From contig JACQVS010000015.1 of NCBI GenBank assembly GCA_016209605.1, positions 87 to 64,086 on the forward strand: a DNA stretch of 64,000 nucleotides, given 5' to 3'. Made by a program: the position numbers and the translations under genes. The stretch comes from Planctomycetota bacterium. GTDB taxonomy: Bacteria; Planctomycetota; UBA8108; JACQVS01. Under the pieces are notes generated by a model, which was not told where the DNA came from, made no database searches, and saw only the letters and a list, made by a program, of their open reading frames with translations. This document shows, piece after piece, positions 38,043 through 48,379 of the stretch (position 1 is the stretch's first letter; the number at the start of each line of letters is the position of its first letter).

Positions 38043-40268
38043 TCACCAGGGGAGCTCGCAGACGATCACGGTCATGCCCTTCCTTGTTCCCATGCTTTTC
38101 TGTCCTCCGGGAAAGACGGCCCCCCACTTCCAGGCGATTAAATACGCCGGCTGCTCTTCCTTGAGCTCCCGCCGCAGCGCGCGGGCTGGGCGATGGCTGC
38201 CGGGGTTCCAGATGTCCGCCGCCAGCACCGGATCCATGGGCGCGGCCACCGCCTTCAAGCAGCTCACGACGATGTGGTTTTCCATGGGTCGAGCTGCCAG
38301 GGTACGGAGGGGATTCTCCGATCCCTGGGCCTGCCAGCTGTAGCCCATGCCCGCGAGGTAATAGTCGGACGAGGGCTGGTTGTACCAGGGCACCGGCTTG
38401 AAGTCGGCCAGCCGCCCCTCGCCCGGCGCTTTCCGCCTCGAAAAAGTCAGCGCCGCTTCGGCCCCCGGCGCGATCGTCTGGAGCGAGGAAAACTGTTCTT
38501 GATAGAAGAGCAAGGCGCTCAGGGGCTCCGGGCCGGGATTCTTGAGAGCGATGGAGAGAGCGTCCTTCTTCTCCGGCTCCCCCCCGGCTTCGGGGCGGCC
38601 GAACTCGATGTGGAGGTGCGGGTCGAGGGGCAGGCGGTAGTCGTAGCGGAAGAAGCGCATGCCGTTGGGGTAGTGGAGGACGGGGGGCAGGCGCAGGCCC
38701 CCCGAGAGGTCCGCCTCGACGCCGGTGGCCGGGATCGAGGCCTCCCCCCCCCGCTGGCGGCGATAATAGAGGTCCTGTTGCTCCAGCTTGAGAGGCCAGA
38801 CCCGCGCCCCGTCGAGGCCTCCCCCGGCCCCCTCGGCCCCTGCCGGCCGGGGCTCCTCCAGGGCGATCTTTTCATAGGCGGGGGAGATGCTCCCCAGATA
38901 GCTCGAGGCTTCCGCCGTCCGGCCATCGGCATGGGCGCGCAGGATGGTCACCTCCTCGAGCTCCCTCCCCGGGAGGCCGGAGAGCAGGCCGTAGCGGAAG
39001 ATCGCCACCACGGCCAGAATCGCCGCGGCGGCCACCACGGCGAAAGTCCACTCCCGCCGGCGCAGCCGCTTGAAGATGAAGGCCGGCGCGAGGAAGCCGA
39101 GGAGAAGGTAGACGGCGAGGGCCAGCGCCACCCCGCCCCGGCCGGGGATGTGGAAGCCGGAGAGTGCGAAGAGGACGCCCGGCAGTAAGCCATCCAGATG
39201 CCCCAGGCCGGCTGGGGCGCCACCAGCGAAGGAAAGCGTCCGGGAAACCGGCGGGTGGAGAGCCTCGTAAAGCCGCGGCGCCTGGGCCGGGCCGGGAAAC
39301 CGGAATCCTTCCAGGGCCAGGCGGAAGGTGACGGTGCAGCCGGCTCCCTTTCGGGCTGCGATGGCGATGCCTTCTTCCGTCAATGCGGCCCCTTCGCCGG
39401 GCTGAAGATCGGCAAATAGCCCTCCCTTGGCGCCGTAAATCAGCAGCTCCTTCGAGACCGCCGTCTCCCTGGGTTCCTGGGAGATGCAGAGGAGCTTTTT
39501 CAGCCCCTCCGTCAGGCCGGCGCGCCACTCCGGGCCGGGAAAGGCGATCAAGGTGCCGCCTCCTCCCACCCAGCGCTCCAGCGCCGCGAGCTGGGGCGGA
39601 TCGGCCTCGCGCAGGGCCGTCCCCTGGAGGATGACCAGCGCGAAAGGATCGTAGGCCGGCGCCATGGACGGCAGGCTCCGGGGGGCCAGGTACGCCACGT
39701 GGCAGGGGGGCAAATTCGGAAGCGGAGTGTTCGGTTGGTTTCCCGCGCCACTTTCAGAGGTTTGCTTTTCAGAAGGACCTTCAAACGCGCCGTCCATCCA
39801 CCCCGCCAGCTCGCCGAAGTCCACCGCCGCCTCGCTGGCAACCACCAGGTTGATGCGGTCGGGAAGGGCGGCGATGAACGGCAGGGAAAAGGACCGGCGG
39901 TACCCCTCGGCCTCGAAGGCGGCGGTGACTTCCGACCACAGGCCGAGATGCACCGGGAGGGAGACTTCTCGGGTGGTGCCGCGGGGGATTTCCAGCGGTA
40001 GCCGGCAGGAGACCGGATCGCGGGCGCCGTCATCCCCCACGCCCCCCACCACCAGGTGCCCCTCGAACGGCCCGCCGCGGTTGGCGACGCGGACGCGCAC
40101 CAGGTTCCAGCGCCCCGGCTGGCAGACCCTCGCCAGGCCCGCCTCGAGCTTCACATCCTCCTTTTCGATCACCGGCGGGTCGGACTCGCCGCGGCGGCAG
40201 GAAGGTAAACCCAAGCTGCCGAGGAGAGGGGCGAGGACGATGACAAGGAATTTCCGGATCCGCTCCAT
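38043..40268 (-). CDS. ABC-associated membrane lipoprotein with GATase-like domain
   Basis: Lipobox-like LPSC, ALERWVGGGGTL, two internal TM helices; upstream of the ABC genes. Confidence 0.75.
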   Translation of the reverse strand: MERIRKFLVIVLAPLLGSLGLPSCRRGESDPPVIEKEDVKLEAGLARVCQPGRWNLVRVRVANRGGPFEGHLVVGGVGDDGARDPVSCRLPLEIPRGTTREVSLPVHLGLWSEVTAAFEAEGYRRSFSLPFIAALPDRINLVVASEAAVDFGELAGWMDGAFEGPSEKQTSESGAGNQPNTPLPNLPPCHVAYLAPRSLPSMAPAYDPFALVILQGTALREADPPQLAALERWVGGGGTLIAFPGPEWRAGLTEGLKKLLCISQEPRETAVSKELLIYGAKGGLFADLQPGEGAALTEEGIAIAARKGAGCTVTFRLALEGFRFPGPAQAPRLYEALHPPVSRTLSFAGGAPAGLGHLDGLLPGVLFALSGFHIPGRGGVALALAVYLLLGFLAPAFIFKRLRRREWTFAVVAAAAILAVVAIFRYGLLSGLPGRELEEVTILRAHADGRTAEASSYLGSISPAYEKIALEEPRPAGAEGAGGGLDGARVWPLKLEQQDLYYRRQRGGEASIPATGVEADLSGGLRLPPVLHYPNGMRFFRYDYRLPLDPHLHIEFGRPEAGGEPEKKDALSIALKNPGPEPLSALLFYQEQFSSLQTIAPGAEAALTFSRRKAPGEGRLADFKPVPWYNQPSSDYYLAGMGYSWQAQGSENPLRTLAARPMENHIVVSCLKAVAAPMDPVLAADIWNPGSHRPARALRRELKEEQPAYLIAWKWGAVFPGGQKSMGTRKGMTVIVCELPW

Positions 40269-40356
40269 GGCCGGAGGCATTGTAATTTAAAAATCAGCGA
40301 TCGACAGTAATTTTCCTACCCAATGCTCCAAGTGAAATCGCCATATAATGAGCGGC

Positions 40357-42537
40357 ATGACCATGCGCCGCTTCTTGAACTTCCTCGTCGGCCTCGCCGC
40401 GGCCGCCGCGCCGTTCGAGGCTGCAGCCGAGGGAGAGCCGCCTGAAATCCCCATCGGGCTCGATGCTTACCGGAAGTGGGAGCGCTGGCCCTATCTTCGG
40501 ATCGGGGCGCGTGCTTACATGCGGAGCACCTACGACCGCCGCGGCGGAAACGAGGCTGCTGACGCCAGTCACTTCCTCTACCAGCTTGCCGAGGACTTCA
40601 ACGTCACCCTGGATGTCCAGGGGCCGGGGGTCCTCTACTTCGCCCGCTTCAACCACTGGCACGGCAGCCCCTGGCACTTCGAAATCGATGGCACGGACCA
40701 TCTCGTGCTGGAGACCAGCACCCGAGATCCCGACCATCCGGTTCCGGACTCGATCTTCCTCCCCGAGGGTCTCTTTCCGAAGCCGCTGGCGTGGACCTGG
40801 TCGGTCACCCGGGGCGCCGACCTCCTGTGGGTGCCGATCCCCTTCGAGAAATCTTTCCGCCTGGCCTACTCGCGCACCCATTACGGGACGGGATACTATA
40901 TTTACCACCACTACGTCCGCGGCGCGCCGCTCTCGCAGCCTCTCAATTCGTGGGACGGGAAGATCCCGCCGGATAAGGACGTCCTCGAGCTCATCGGCCG
41001 CGCCGGGCAGGACCTGGTTCCCCCCGGCCTCGACGCCGAATCCGGGACGGTGGCGCTGGGCCCCGAGCCGGTGACGCTGGCGAAGCTGGCGCGCGCGCCG
41101 GCGCTGGTCCGGGCGCTCGAGATTACAGTCCCTCGCGAACAAGCGGCGGCCTTCTCCCGCGCGCGGCTCCGGATCATCTGGGACGACCGCTCCCATCCAT
41201 CAGTCGACGCGCCGATCGCGCTCTTCTTCGGGGCAGGGACGCTCTACAACCGGGATGGCCGCGAGCATCTGGTCAAGGCTTTTCCGGTTCACATCCGCCA
41301 GGATGAGGAGCGCGTCCACCTCGCGTGCTATTTCCCCATGCCCTTCTTCAAATCCGCCAAGATCGAGCTGGAAGGAACCTCTGGACGGACTTTCGCGGGG
41401 ATCCGCTGGAGGGTGCGGACGCAGCCATATCGCGATCCGCCGAACCATGCAGCCTATTTCCATGCCACCTACCGCGACCATCCCGTGCCCGCCGCGGGCC
41501 GGGACCTGGTCCTCCTCGACACCCGTGAGGCGGAAGGCGGCGGCGACTGGACGGGCCACTTCGCGGGCATGTCGTGGATCTTCTCTCATCGCGCCGTCCT
41601 CGAGACGCTCGAAGGGGATCCGCGTTTTTTCTTTGACGACAGCCAGACTCCGCAAGCCCACGGCACGGGCACCGAGGAGTGGGGCGGCGGCGGCGACTAC
41701 TGGGGTGGACGGAACATGACCCTGCCTTTCGCCGGTCACCCGGTGGGCGCGAGGAGCGCCAAGGAAGCCAAGGACCCCGAGGACCTGATCCAGTCGGCCT
41801 ATCGATTCCTGCTCGCCGACCTCATGCCGTTTGGAAACCGCGCCGTCATCCAGCTTGAGCACGGCGGGACCAACCAGGCCGCGGAGCATTACGAGACCGT
41901 GACTTTCTGGTACGGGCTGCCGGGAGCCTCGCTCGTCAAGACGGATGTCCTCCAGATCGGCGATCCCGAAAGCGAGAAGGCGCACCGCTACAGCTCCCCG
42001 GAGGCAAGCGAACCGGTCGAGATCGTCTCGCGCTACGAATGGGGTCCGGACGCCGTGGCGGGCGCGGAGATCTATTCCACTCACCCGGATCGCGGGCGGA
42101 CCACGAGAGGATCATCCGAGTTCACCCTCAAGATCGCACCCGGCAACTTCGGCATCCTCCTCCGGCGCAAGCTCGACTACAGCCATCCCAACCAGCGCGC
42201 GGAAATTTTCGTGGCCGAGGAGGGCTCGGAGGAATTCAAGGCCGCGGGAGTATGGTACCTGGCGGGCTCGAACACCTGCGTCTACTCCAATCCGCGCGAA
42301 GAGCTGGGGGCCGCCCAGCACCACGTCCAGACCTCCAACCGGCGCTTCCGAGATGACGAGTTCTTGATCCCCCGCGACCTCACCCGGGGGCGCGCTGCCC
42401 TCAGGATCCGGGTGAAATTCACGCCGGCCGAGATTCCTCTTTTTCCCGGCCAAGCTTTCCCTGTCGAGCCAGCCTGGAGCGAGATCCGGTACACCGCTTA
42501 CGCTTTCGTCCTCCCCCCGGCGCCCGGAGATCGTTGA
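40357..42537 (+). CDS. Exported DUF2961 / GH172-like glycoside hydrolase
   Basis: STYDRRGGN, LRIIWDD..PSVDAPIALFFG, YFPMPFFKSA, EGD, GTGTEE; signal peptide. Confidence 0.8.
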   Translation: MTMRRFLNFLVGLAAAAAPFEAAAEGEPPEIPIGLDAYRKWERWPYLRIGARAYMRSTYDRRGGNEAADASHFLYQLAEDFNVTLDVQGPGVLYFARFNHWHGSPWHFEIDGTDHLVLETSTRDPDHPVPDSIFLPEGLFPKPLAWTWSVTRGADLLWVPIPFEKSFRLAYSRTHYGTGYYIYHHYVRGAPLSQPLNSWDGKIPPDKDVLELIGRAGQDLVPPGLDAESGTVALGPEPVTLAKLARAPALVRALEITVPREQAAAFSRARLRIIWDDRSHPSVDAPIALFFGAGTLYNRDGREHLVKAFPVHIRQDEERVHLACYFPMPFFKSAKIELEGTSGRTFAGIRWRVRTQPYRDPPNHAAYFHATYRDHPVPAAGRDLVLLDTREAEGGGDWTGHFAGMSWIFSHRAVLETLEGDPRFFFDDSQTPQAHGTGTEEWGGGGDYWGGRNMTLPFAGHPVGARSAKEAKDPEDLIQSAYRFLLADLMPFGNRAVIQLEHGGTNQAAEHYETVTFWYGLPGASLVKTDVLQIGDPESEKAHRYSSPEASEPVEIVSRYEWGPDAVAGAEIYSTHPDRGRTTRGSSEFTLKIAPGNFGILLRRKLDYSHPNQRAEIFVAEEGSEEFKAAGVWYLAGSNTCVYSNPREELGAAQHHVQTSNRRFRDDEFLIPRDLTRGRAALRIRVKFTPAEIPLFPGQAFPVEPAWSEIRYTAYAFVLPPAPGDR

Positions 42538-42582
42538 TGGGATCGCCCTTGATCTCATGAATCGAAGAGGATGAGGCCGGCA

Positions 42583-43572
42583 TCAGTTTTCTTCCACTTC
42601 TCCAGGGCCGGTTTGCGGCGGCTTGGGGAGGAGGATCGAGGCGAGGATGGCCGAGGCGAGGATTCCGGCGATCACTCCCAGGGAGACCTGGATGGAGACC
42701 TCGAAGCGCGTTTCATCGAGGAACATCTTGACGCCGATGAACATCAGCACCAGGCTCAAGCCGACCTTCAGGTGATGGAAGCGGTCCATGAAGCCGGCGA
42801 GGAGGAAGTAAAGCGAGCGCAGGCCGAGGATGGCAAAGACGTTGGAAGTGAAGATGATGAAGGGGTCGCGGCTCTTCACCACCCCGAAGACCGCCGGGAT
42901 CGAGTCGATGGCGAAGGCGAGGTCGGTGGTCTCGACGACGATGAGCACGGCGAAGAGAGGGGTGGCGAGGAGCCTGCCCCCCTCACGGAGGAAGAACTGC
43001 GTGCCCCGGTACCCCGGGGTCATGGGGATGAATTTCCGGAAGCAGCGCAAGATGAAGTTCATCTCGAAGTCGGTTTCCTCGGCCTTGTGAAAGAGGAGCC
43101 TGATCCCGGTGATGATAAGCAGCCCGCCGAAAAAAAACAGCACCCAATGAAACATCTGCACCACGGCGCTGCCGATGAGGATGAAGCCCAGGCGCATGAC
43201 GATGGCTCCGAGGATTCCCCAGTAGAGGACGCGATGCTGCAGCTCTCCGGGAACCTGGAAGTGCCGGAAGATGAGGAGGAAGATGAAGAGGTTGTCGACG
43301 CTGAGCGACTCCTCCACCAGGTAGCCGGCGGTGAACTCGAGGGCGCGCTCCACCGAGCGGGTGCCCCAGTAGAGCCAGACGTTGAAGACCCCGGCCAGCC
43401 CCACCCACACCAGCGTCCAGAGCAGCGATTCGCGGATGCGGATGATCCGCCCCTGGCGGTGGAAGACGCCGAGGTCGAGGGAAAGCAGGCCCAGCACCAG
43501 AACGATGAATCCGGCCCAGTGAACAGGAGTGCCCAGCCCCGGCGATTCTGCGAGAATTAAAGGCGATTCCAT
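42583..43572 (-). CDS. TerC/Alx-family membrane protein
   Basis: YLVEESLSVDNLFIF, VETTDLAFAIDSIPA, TSNVFAILGLRSLYF. Confidence 0.93.
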   Translation of the reverse strand: MESPLILAESPGLGTPVHWAGFIVLVLGLLSLDLGVFHRQGRIIRIRESLLWTLVWVGLAGVFNVWLYWGTRSVERALEFTAGYLVEESLSVDNLFIFLLIFRHFQVPGELQHRVLYWGILGAIVMRLGFILIGSAVVQMFHWVLFFFGGLLIITGIRLLFHKAEETDFEMNFILRCFRKFIPMTPGYRGTQFFLREGGRLLATPLFAVLIVVETTDLAFAIDSIPAVFGVVKSRDPFIIFTSNVFAILGLRSLYFLLAGFMDRFHHLKVGLSLVLMFIGVKMFLDETRFEVSIQVSLGVIAGILASAILASILLPKPPQTGPGEVEEN

Positions 43573-43590
43573 TTTTAAGAAAGAGGTAGG

Positions 43591-43706
43591 AACCGCCAAG
43601 GCGCCAAGAGCGCCAAGATCGAAGAAGAGAATTCAGAATTGCTATATAAAGAACACTCTTCTCTCTTCTTATTCTTCTTGGCGTCCTCTGCGTCTTGGCG
43701 GTTAAA
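43591..43706. repeat. CGCCAAG-periodic palindromic element
   Basis: AACCGCCAAGGCGCCAAGAGCGCCAAG ... CTTGGCGTCCTCTGCGTCTTGGCGGTT. Confidence 0.85.
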
Positions 43707-43757
43707 TTCTAATTCCTGGTGCATTTATAAGCTTGATTTCGGATTTTCGCTCTATCT

Positions 43758-44060
43758 TCAATCCCAGAATTCCGGCCGGTCCTCCGGGCGGGTCTTGGGC
43801 GGGTCCTTCATTTTCTTCTCGAAGTCCTGGAAGGCCTTGCTCTGGCTCTCCTTCTGCTTCTTGAGAATTTTGTCGAAGCCATCCTGGTCGGGCTTCTTCA
43901 TGGCCTCGGCGAAGAGGTCAACCTCCACCCGCCAGAGGTGCAGGCGGTCTCCCTTCAGCTCGAACTCGAGGTAGCTCCCGGTCGTCCACTTCAAGGCCTC
44001 CATCACCTCATTGGGGAGCTTGATGGAGCCATCTGGATTGATTCTGATTCGTTGGCTCAA
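43758..44060 (-). CDS. AbrB/MazE/SpoVT-like DNA-binding protein
   Basis: RINPDGSIKLPNEVMEALKWTTGSYLEF; AAGGAGG Shine-Dalgarno before TTG. Confidence 0.8.
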   Translation of the reverse strand: MSQRIRINPDGSIKLPNEVMEALKWTTGSYLEFELKGDRLHLWRVEVDLFAEAMKKPDQDGFDKILKKQKESQSKAFQDFEKKMKDPPKTRPEDRPEFWD

Positions 44061-44083
44061 AGAGCACCCTCCTTTCCAATAGT

Positions 44084-45568
44084 TTATTCATCCTTGGGCC
44101 GCATCAGCGGGAAGGCGATGACATCGCGAATGGACGGCGCGTCGGCAAGGAGCATCACCAGCCGGTCGATCCCCAGGCCGACGCCGCCGGTTGGCGGCAT
44201 GCCGCAACCGATGGCCTTGACGAAATCATGGTCGATGGGATGGTGGGCGATGCCCGCCTTGTCCTTGCCCAGCCCCTTCTGGTCCTCCAGGCGCTGGAGC
44301 TGCTCCACCGGATCGGTCAGCTCCGAGTAGGCGTTGCCAAGCTCCATTCCGGCCGCCATGGGCTCGAAGCGCTCCACCACGCGGGGGTTGCCGCGCTTCG
44401 CCTTGGTGAGCGGCGAGATCTCCACCGGGTGGTCGCAGACGAAGGTTGGTTGTAGGAGCCCGGGCTCGACCAGATTCTTGAAAAGCTCCATGACGCCGTG
44501 CCCCCAGGTGAGCGGCTGCGGGATCTCGAGGCCGCGTTTCTTCAGCTCGGCGGCGAGGGCGGCCGCTTCCATGCCCTCGGCGTCAATGCCGCGCTCCTTG
44601 AGGCCGTCAAGGACCGTCAGCTTCCGCCACGGCGGCGTGAAGTCGATCTCCTGCCCCTGGTAGCGGATCTTCATGGCGCCGGTGATCTCCAGCGCGACGC
44701 TCGAGACCAGGTCCTGGAACCGCTCCATCTGGTCGTGGTAGTCGGTGTAGGCCTCGTACCACTCCAGCATGGTGAACTCCGGGTTGTGGCTGCGGTCGAT
44801 GCCCTCGTTGCGGAAGTTCTGGCAGATGGTGAAGACCTTCTCGAAGCCGCCGACGATGAAGCGCTTGAGCGGCAGCTCCGGGGAGATGCGCAGGTAGGCC
44901 GGCTGGTCCGAGAGCGCGTGGATCGAGGTGGCAAACGGCCGGGCCTCGGCGCCGCCGTAGATCATTTCAATGGCCGGCGTGGTGACCTCGAGGAAGCCGC
45001 GCTGCTCGAGATGCCGCCGGATGGCGGAGATGGCGCGAGCCCGCACCTCCATGATGAGGCGCGAGGCCGGGTCGGTGATCCAGTAGAGGTAGCGTTCGCG
45101 GTACTTGATCTCCGGATCGGCGAGCTGGAACCAGGTCTTCTCCTCGGTCGCCTTCTGGATCGGCACCCGCACCACCGCCTTGGCCAGGATCTCGAAGGCC
45201 GCGGCGTGGACGGTCAGCTCCCCCATCTTGGTCAGGAAGACCGGCCCGCGCGCTCCCAGGTGGTCGCCGAGGTCGACGGTCTTCTTGACGATCTTCCAGG
45301 CGGCGTCATCGAAGTCGTTCTTGCGGAACATCAGCTGGAGTTGGGCGCTGGCATCGCGGATGTCGGCGAAGACGAGCTTGCCGGCATCGCGATGGGCGGT
45401 GAGGCGGCCGGCCACCGCCACCTCCTTCCCCATCAGCTCCGCCTGCCGCTGGCGCACCTCCGCCAGGGTGTGGGTGCGGGAGAAGGAGTAAGGGTAGGGG
45501 TTCAAGCCCTGCGCCCGCAGCTCCCCGCGCTTTTCTAAAAGTTCATCATCGAAGGAGTGGTGGGTCAT
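44084..45568 (-). CDS. lysS: Lysyl-tRNA synthetase class II
   Basis: YRERY, GGAEARPF, LRISPEL, FRNEGIDRSHNPEF, GMPPTGGVGLGIDRL. Confidence 0.97.
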   Translation of the reverse strand: MTHHSFDDELLEKRGELRAQGLNPYPYSFSRTHTLAEVRQRQAELMGKEVAVAGRLTAHRDAGKLVFADIRDASAQLQLMFRKNDFDDAAWKIVKKTVDLGDHLGARGPVFLTKMGELTVHAAAFEILAKAVVRVPIQKATEEKTWFQLADPEIKYRERYLYWITDPASRLIMEVRARAISAIRRHLEQRGFLEVTTPAIEMIYGGAEARPFATSIHALSDQPAYLRISPELPLKRFIVGGFEKVFTICQNFRNEGIDRSHNPEFTMLEWYEAYTDYHDQMERFQDLVSSVALEITGAMKIRYQGQEIDFTPPWRKLTVLDGLKERGIDAEGMEAAALAAELKKRGLEIPQPLTWGHGVMELFKNLVEPGLLQPTFVCDHPVEISPLTKAKRGNPRVVERFEPMAAGMELGNAYSELTDPVEQLQRLEDQKGLGKDKAGIAHHPIDHDFVKAIGCGMPPTGGVGLGIDRLVMLLADAPSIRDVIAFPLMRPKDE

Positions 45569-45591
45569 GAATCTCTCTGGAATCCGGTCCT

Positions 45592-46791
45592 TCAGCTGCT
45601 CTTCAGCATCTCCTCCCACGTGACGGCCCGCCGCTCGTAAACCGCTTTGCGGACGAGCAGCCCCACCAGGGTGGCGTCGCGGCCGTTGTAGACGGTGGAG
45701 TGAGGAATCCGGTCGTGCCGGATGCAATCGATGAAGGAGTTGATGGCCAGGGTGGTCTCATCCTCGATCTCCGGCTGCACCAGCTGCGTCTTGTCCTTGC
45801 GGTCGGACCGGTCGGAGTAGGTGATCTTGCCGGCGGTCAAGTCGATCCCCCCCAGAAGGCCGATGAAGCGCTCGTGATGGCCGCTGAAGGCCGGGTCGTT
45901 GGGGGAGATCCAGCTGTGGCTGAACTGGACGATGAAATTGCCGGGGTACTCGAGGATGGCGCAGTAGAAGTCGGAGACGTCGCGTCCGGGATCGTTCGAT
46001 CTGAAGAGCTCCCGGTTGCCGAGGCCGAAGGCCTGCCTGGGGGTGGCGCCGGCGACCCAGTTGATGACATCCCAGGAGTGCACCGCTTGCTCCACCATCC
46101 AGTCGCCCGATTCGAGGACGCGGCTCTGCCAGGAGCCCGGCCCGCCGAGGCCGAACTTGCCGCCCCAGGCGTTGTTGAAGGCCGCCCGGCCCTCGACCAG
46201 CGGCCCCAGCACCTTGTCCTCGCGGATCAGCTTGATGCCTTCCATGGTGCGCGGGTTGCAGCGCCGCTGGAAGCCGATCTGCACCTTGACCTGGGGGTGC
46301 TTCTCCTGCTGGCTGACGATATCATCCGCCTCCTTGACGGAGATGCACATCGGCTTTTCGCCGTAGAGGTGCTTCCCCGCGGCGATGCAGTCCATGTAAA
46401 TGCGGTAGTGCGCCACGCACGGGGTGGCACTGAAGACCGCCTCGATGGAAGGATCCTCAAGCAGCTTGCGGTAATCGGTGTGAAGCGCCGGCTTCCGGCC
46501 GCCGGCGGCCTCCACCAGGCCCGCGGCGTGGTTGAGGCGGCCCTCGTCGAGGTCGCAAACGGCGGCGATGCTGACGTAATTGTTCTTGAGGGCGGTCTCG
46601 AGGTGGCGAGTCCCCCGCCCGCCCACGCCGATCAGGCCGGCGCGGACCGGGTCGCCGGGGCCGGCAGCGAGGGGGGCGGGGGGGCCAGCCAGGGCGCTCC
46701 AGCCGGTTCCCGCCGCCGCGGCGCTTGCGGCGCCCGCGGCCAGGAAGCTCCGGCGGCTGAGGGTTCGTTGGTCATCGGGTTTCCGGTTCAT
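45592..46791 (-). CDS. Tat-exported Gfo/Idh/MocA oxidoreductase
   Basis: SRRSFL twin-arginine motif, GLIGVGGRG, YGEKP, GFQRR. Confidence 0.9.
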   Translation of the reverse strand: MNRKPDDQRTLSRRSFLAAGAASAAAAGTGWSALAGPPAPLAAGPGDPVRAGLIGVGGRGTRHLETALKNNYVSIAAVCDLDEGRLNHAAGLVEAAGGRKPALHTDYRKLLEDPSIEAVFSATPCVAHYRIYMDCIAAGKHLYGEKPMCISVKEADDIVSQQEKHPQVKVQIGFQRRCNPRTMEGIKLIREDKVLGPLVEGRAAFNNAWGGKFGLGGPGSWQSRVLESGDWMVEQAVHSWDVINWVAGATPRQAFGLGNRELFRSNDPGRDVSDFYCAILEYPGNFIVQFSHSWISPNDPAFSGHHERFIGLLGGIDLTAGKITYSDRSDRKDKTQLVQPEIEDETTLAINSFIDCIRHDRIPHSTVYNGRDATLVGLLVRKAVYERRAVTWEEMLKSS

Positions 46792-48379
46792 GTTCCTTGC
46801 CTGTCCGTTTACCAGCCGGCCAGACACGGGCCAGCAGTTGAAAGCACCCTATCATAAAGAGAACGGCGGCAAGATGGAACAAGCAAAGCGCCGCCGGCGT
46901 TTCCAGGACGGTGTTGTAGTGGAGCAGCGAGTAAATGGTGAGCGGCACCGGCTGGAAGCCCGGCGGCGCCGCCAGGACGGACGCCGACAGCTCGCCGCTC
47001 TGGAAGATGAGGAAGGCGGCGGCGGCGAGGGCCAGCCCGGGGGCGGCGAGCGGCAGGTAGACGCGGAGGAGCCTGGCGTGGAAGGCGGCCGGCGAGAGCG
47101 CGGCGGACTCGAGGTACTCGAGCGGCACCGACCGCCAGCAGGCGCTCGCGGCGTGCCAGGCGATGGGGAAGAACCGCGCCACCCCCGCCACGATGAGAAT
47201 GCCCGGGCCGTCGTAGATGATCTCGAGAACGGGGCGGTTGTAAATCCGGATGAGCGCCGCCCCGAGGAGCGGGCCGGGAACGGCCAGGGGGAACCAGAGA
47301 AGGCACCGCAGCCAGGCGGGCGGCCGCCGCCGCGGCAGCATCGTGATTCCCGCGAGCAGCACGGCCAGAACCACCGCCGCCAGGCTCACCAGGGCGCTCC
47401 AGCCGAGATCGCGGCCGTGGAGATGCAGCACCGCCCGGGCGTTGGAGAAGAACCGCGCGCCGCCGGCCATGGAGAAGAGCTTGCCTAACGGCCAGGCCAC
47501 CCAGAGGAGAGCCAGCCCCCAGAAGAGCAGGCTCCACCCCTTGCCGAGCTCCAGGGGCGACAGGAAGCGGGTCGAGGCGGAGGGCGCGAAGCTGAAGCCG
47601 CGCTCGAAAAACCGGCCCGCGAGCGCGGCCGCCGACCCGGCGACCGCCACCGCCGGCAGCGCGAAGAAGAAAGCCGCCCCCGCATCGCCGGTGGCCTGGT
47701 ACTCGATGAGGATCTCGACCGGATAAGCGGAGAGGAGGAGCAGCGCCGGCACCTCGTAGTTGAGGAAGACGAGCAGGAAAACCAGGGCCGCGCCGGCCCC
47801 AAGGCTGGACGAGACCAGGGGAAGGATGACCCGCGCGGCGATTCGCCAGCGGCTCTCCCCCGAGAGCCGGGCGGCCTCGCCGATCTCCACCGGGATCGCC
47901 CGCAGGCCGCTCGAGAAAAAGGCGAGGATGAGCGGCGCGTAGGCAAAGCCGAAGATGAGCACCGCGAAGAGAAAGCGGACCTCCGGGCCGCGACCCGGTA
48001 GGTCCCCCAGCAGCCGGCGCCACACCGCCACCTGGTAGTAGGGCGGCAGGAGGAGGCCGGCGAGGGCAAGCAGCCGGAGCGCCGTCCGCCAGGCTTCCGT
48101 CATTTTCACGCTCTCGAGGATGACGGCCGCGCCGCCGCCGAGGAGCGCCGCCAGGGCGGTCGAGGAGCCGGCGAGGAGCAAGCTGCGGAGGAACAAGCCG
48201 GCGAGGCGCCCGCTCAGGAGGTCGCCCGGCCGCCAGCGGTCCGAAAGCGCCATTTCGAGGATCAAGAAAGCCCCGGGCAGGAAGACCAGAAAGGCCACCA
48301 GCAGCCAGCCGGCGGCCCTGGCAAGAAGGAGCGGCGCCTTCGAGGCCGTGAACGGGGGCGCGCGGCGCGGACTCTTCAT
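46772..48379 (-). CDS. Fe(III)-type ABC transporter permease (FbpB-like)
   Basis: Two EAA loops (EAARLSG, ESAALS); ATGA overlap with the binding-protein gene. Confidence 0.85.
   Translation of the reverse strand: MKSPRRAPPFTASKAPLLLARAAGWLLVAFLVFLPGAFLILEMALSDRWRPGDLLSGRLAGLFLRSLLLAGSSTALAALLGGGAAVILESVKMTEAWRTALRLLALAGLLLPPYYQVAVWRRLLGDLPGRGPEVRFLFAVLIFGFAYAPLILAFFSSGLRAIPVEIGEAARLSGESRWRIAARVILPLVSSSLGAGAALVFLLVFLNYEVPALLLLSAYPVEILIEYQATGDAGAAFFFALPAVAVAGSAAALAGRFFERGFSFAPSASTRFLSPLELGKGWSLLFWGLALLWVAWPLGKLFSMAGGARFFSNARAVLHLHGRDLGWSALVSLAAVVLAVLLAGITMLPRRRPPAWLRCLLWFPLAVPGPLLGAALIRIYNRPVLEIIYDGPGILIVAGVARFFPIAWHAASACWRSVPLEYLESAALSPAAFHARLLRVYLPLAAPGLALAAAAFLIFQSGELSASVLAAPPGFQPVPLTIYSLLHYNTVLETPAALCLFHLAAVLFMIGCFQLLARVWPAGKRTGKEHEPETR

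Noticed and set aside
43573-43757. yybP-ykoY Mn riboswitch upstream of the TerC gene
   Set aside because: The region is occupied by the palindromic repeat element; no riboswitch core recognised
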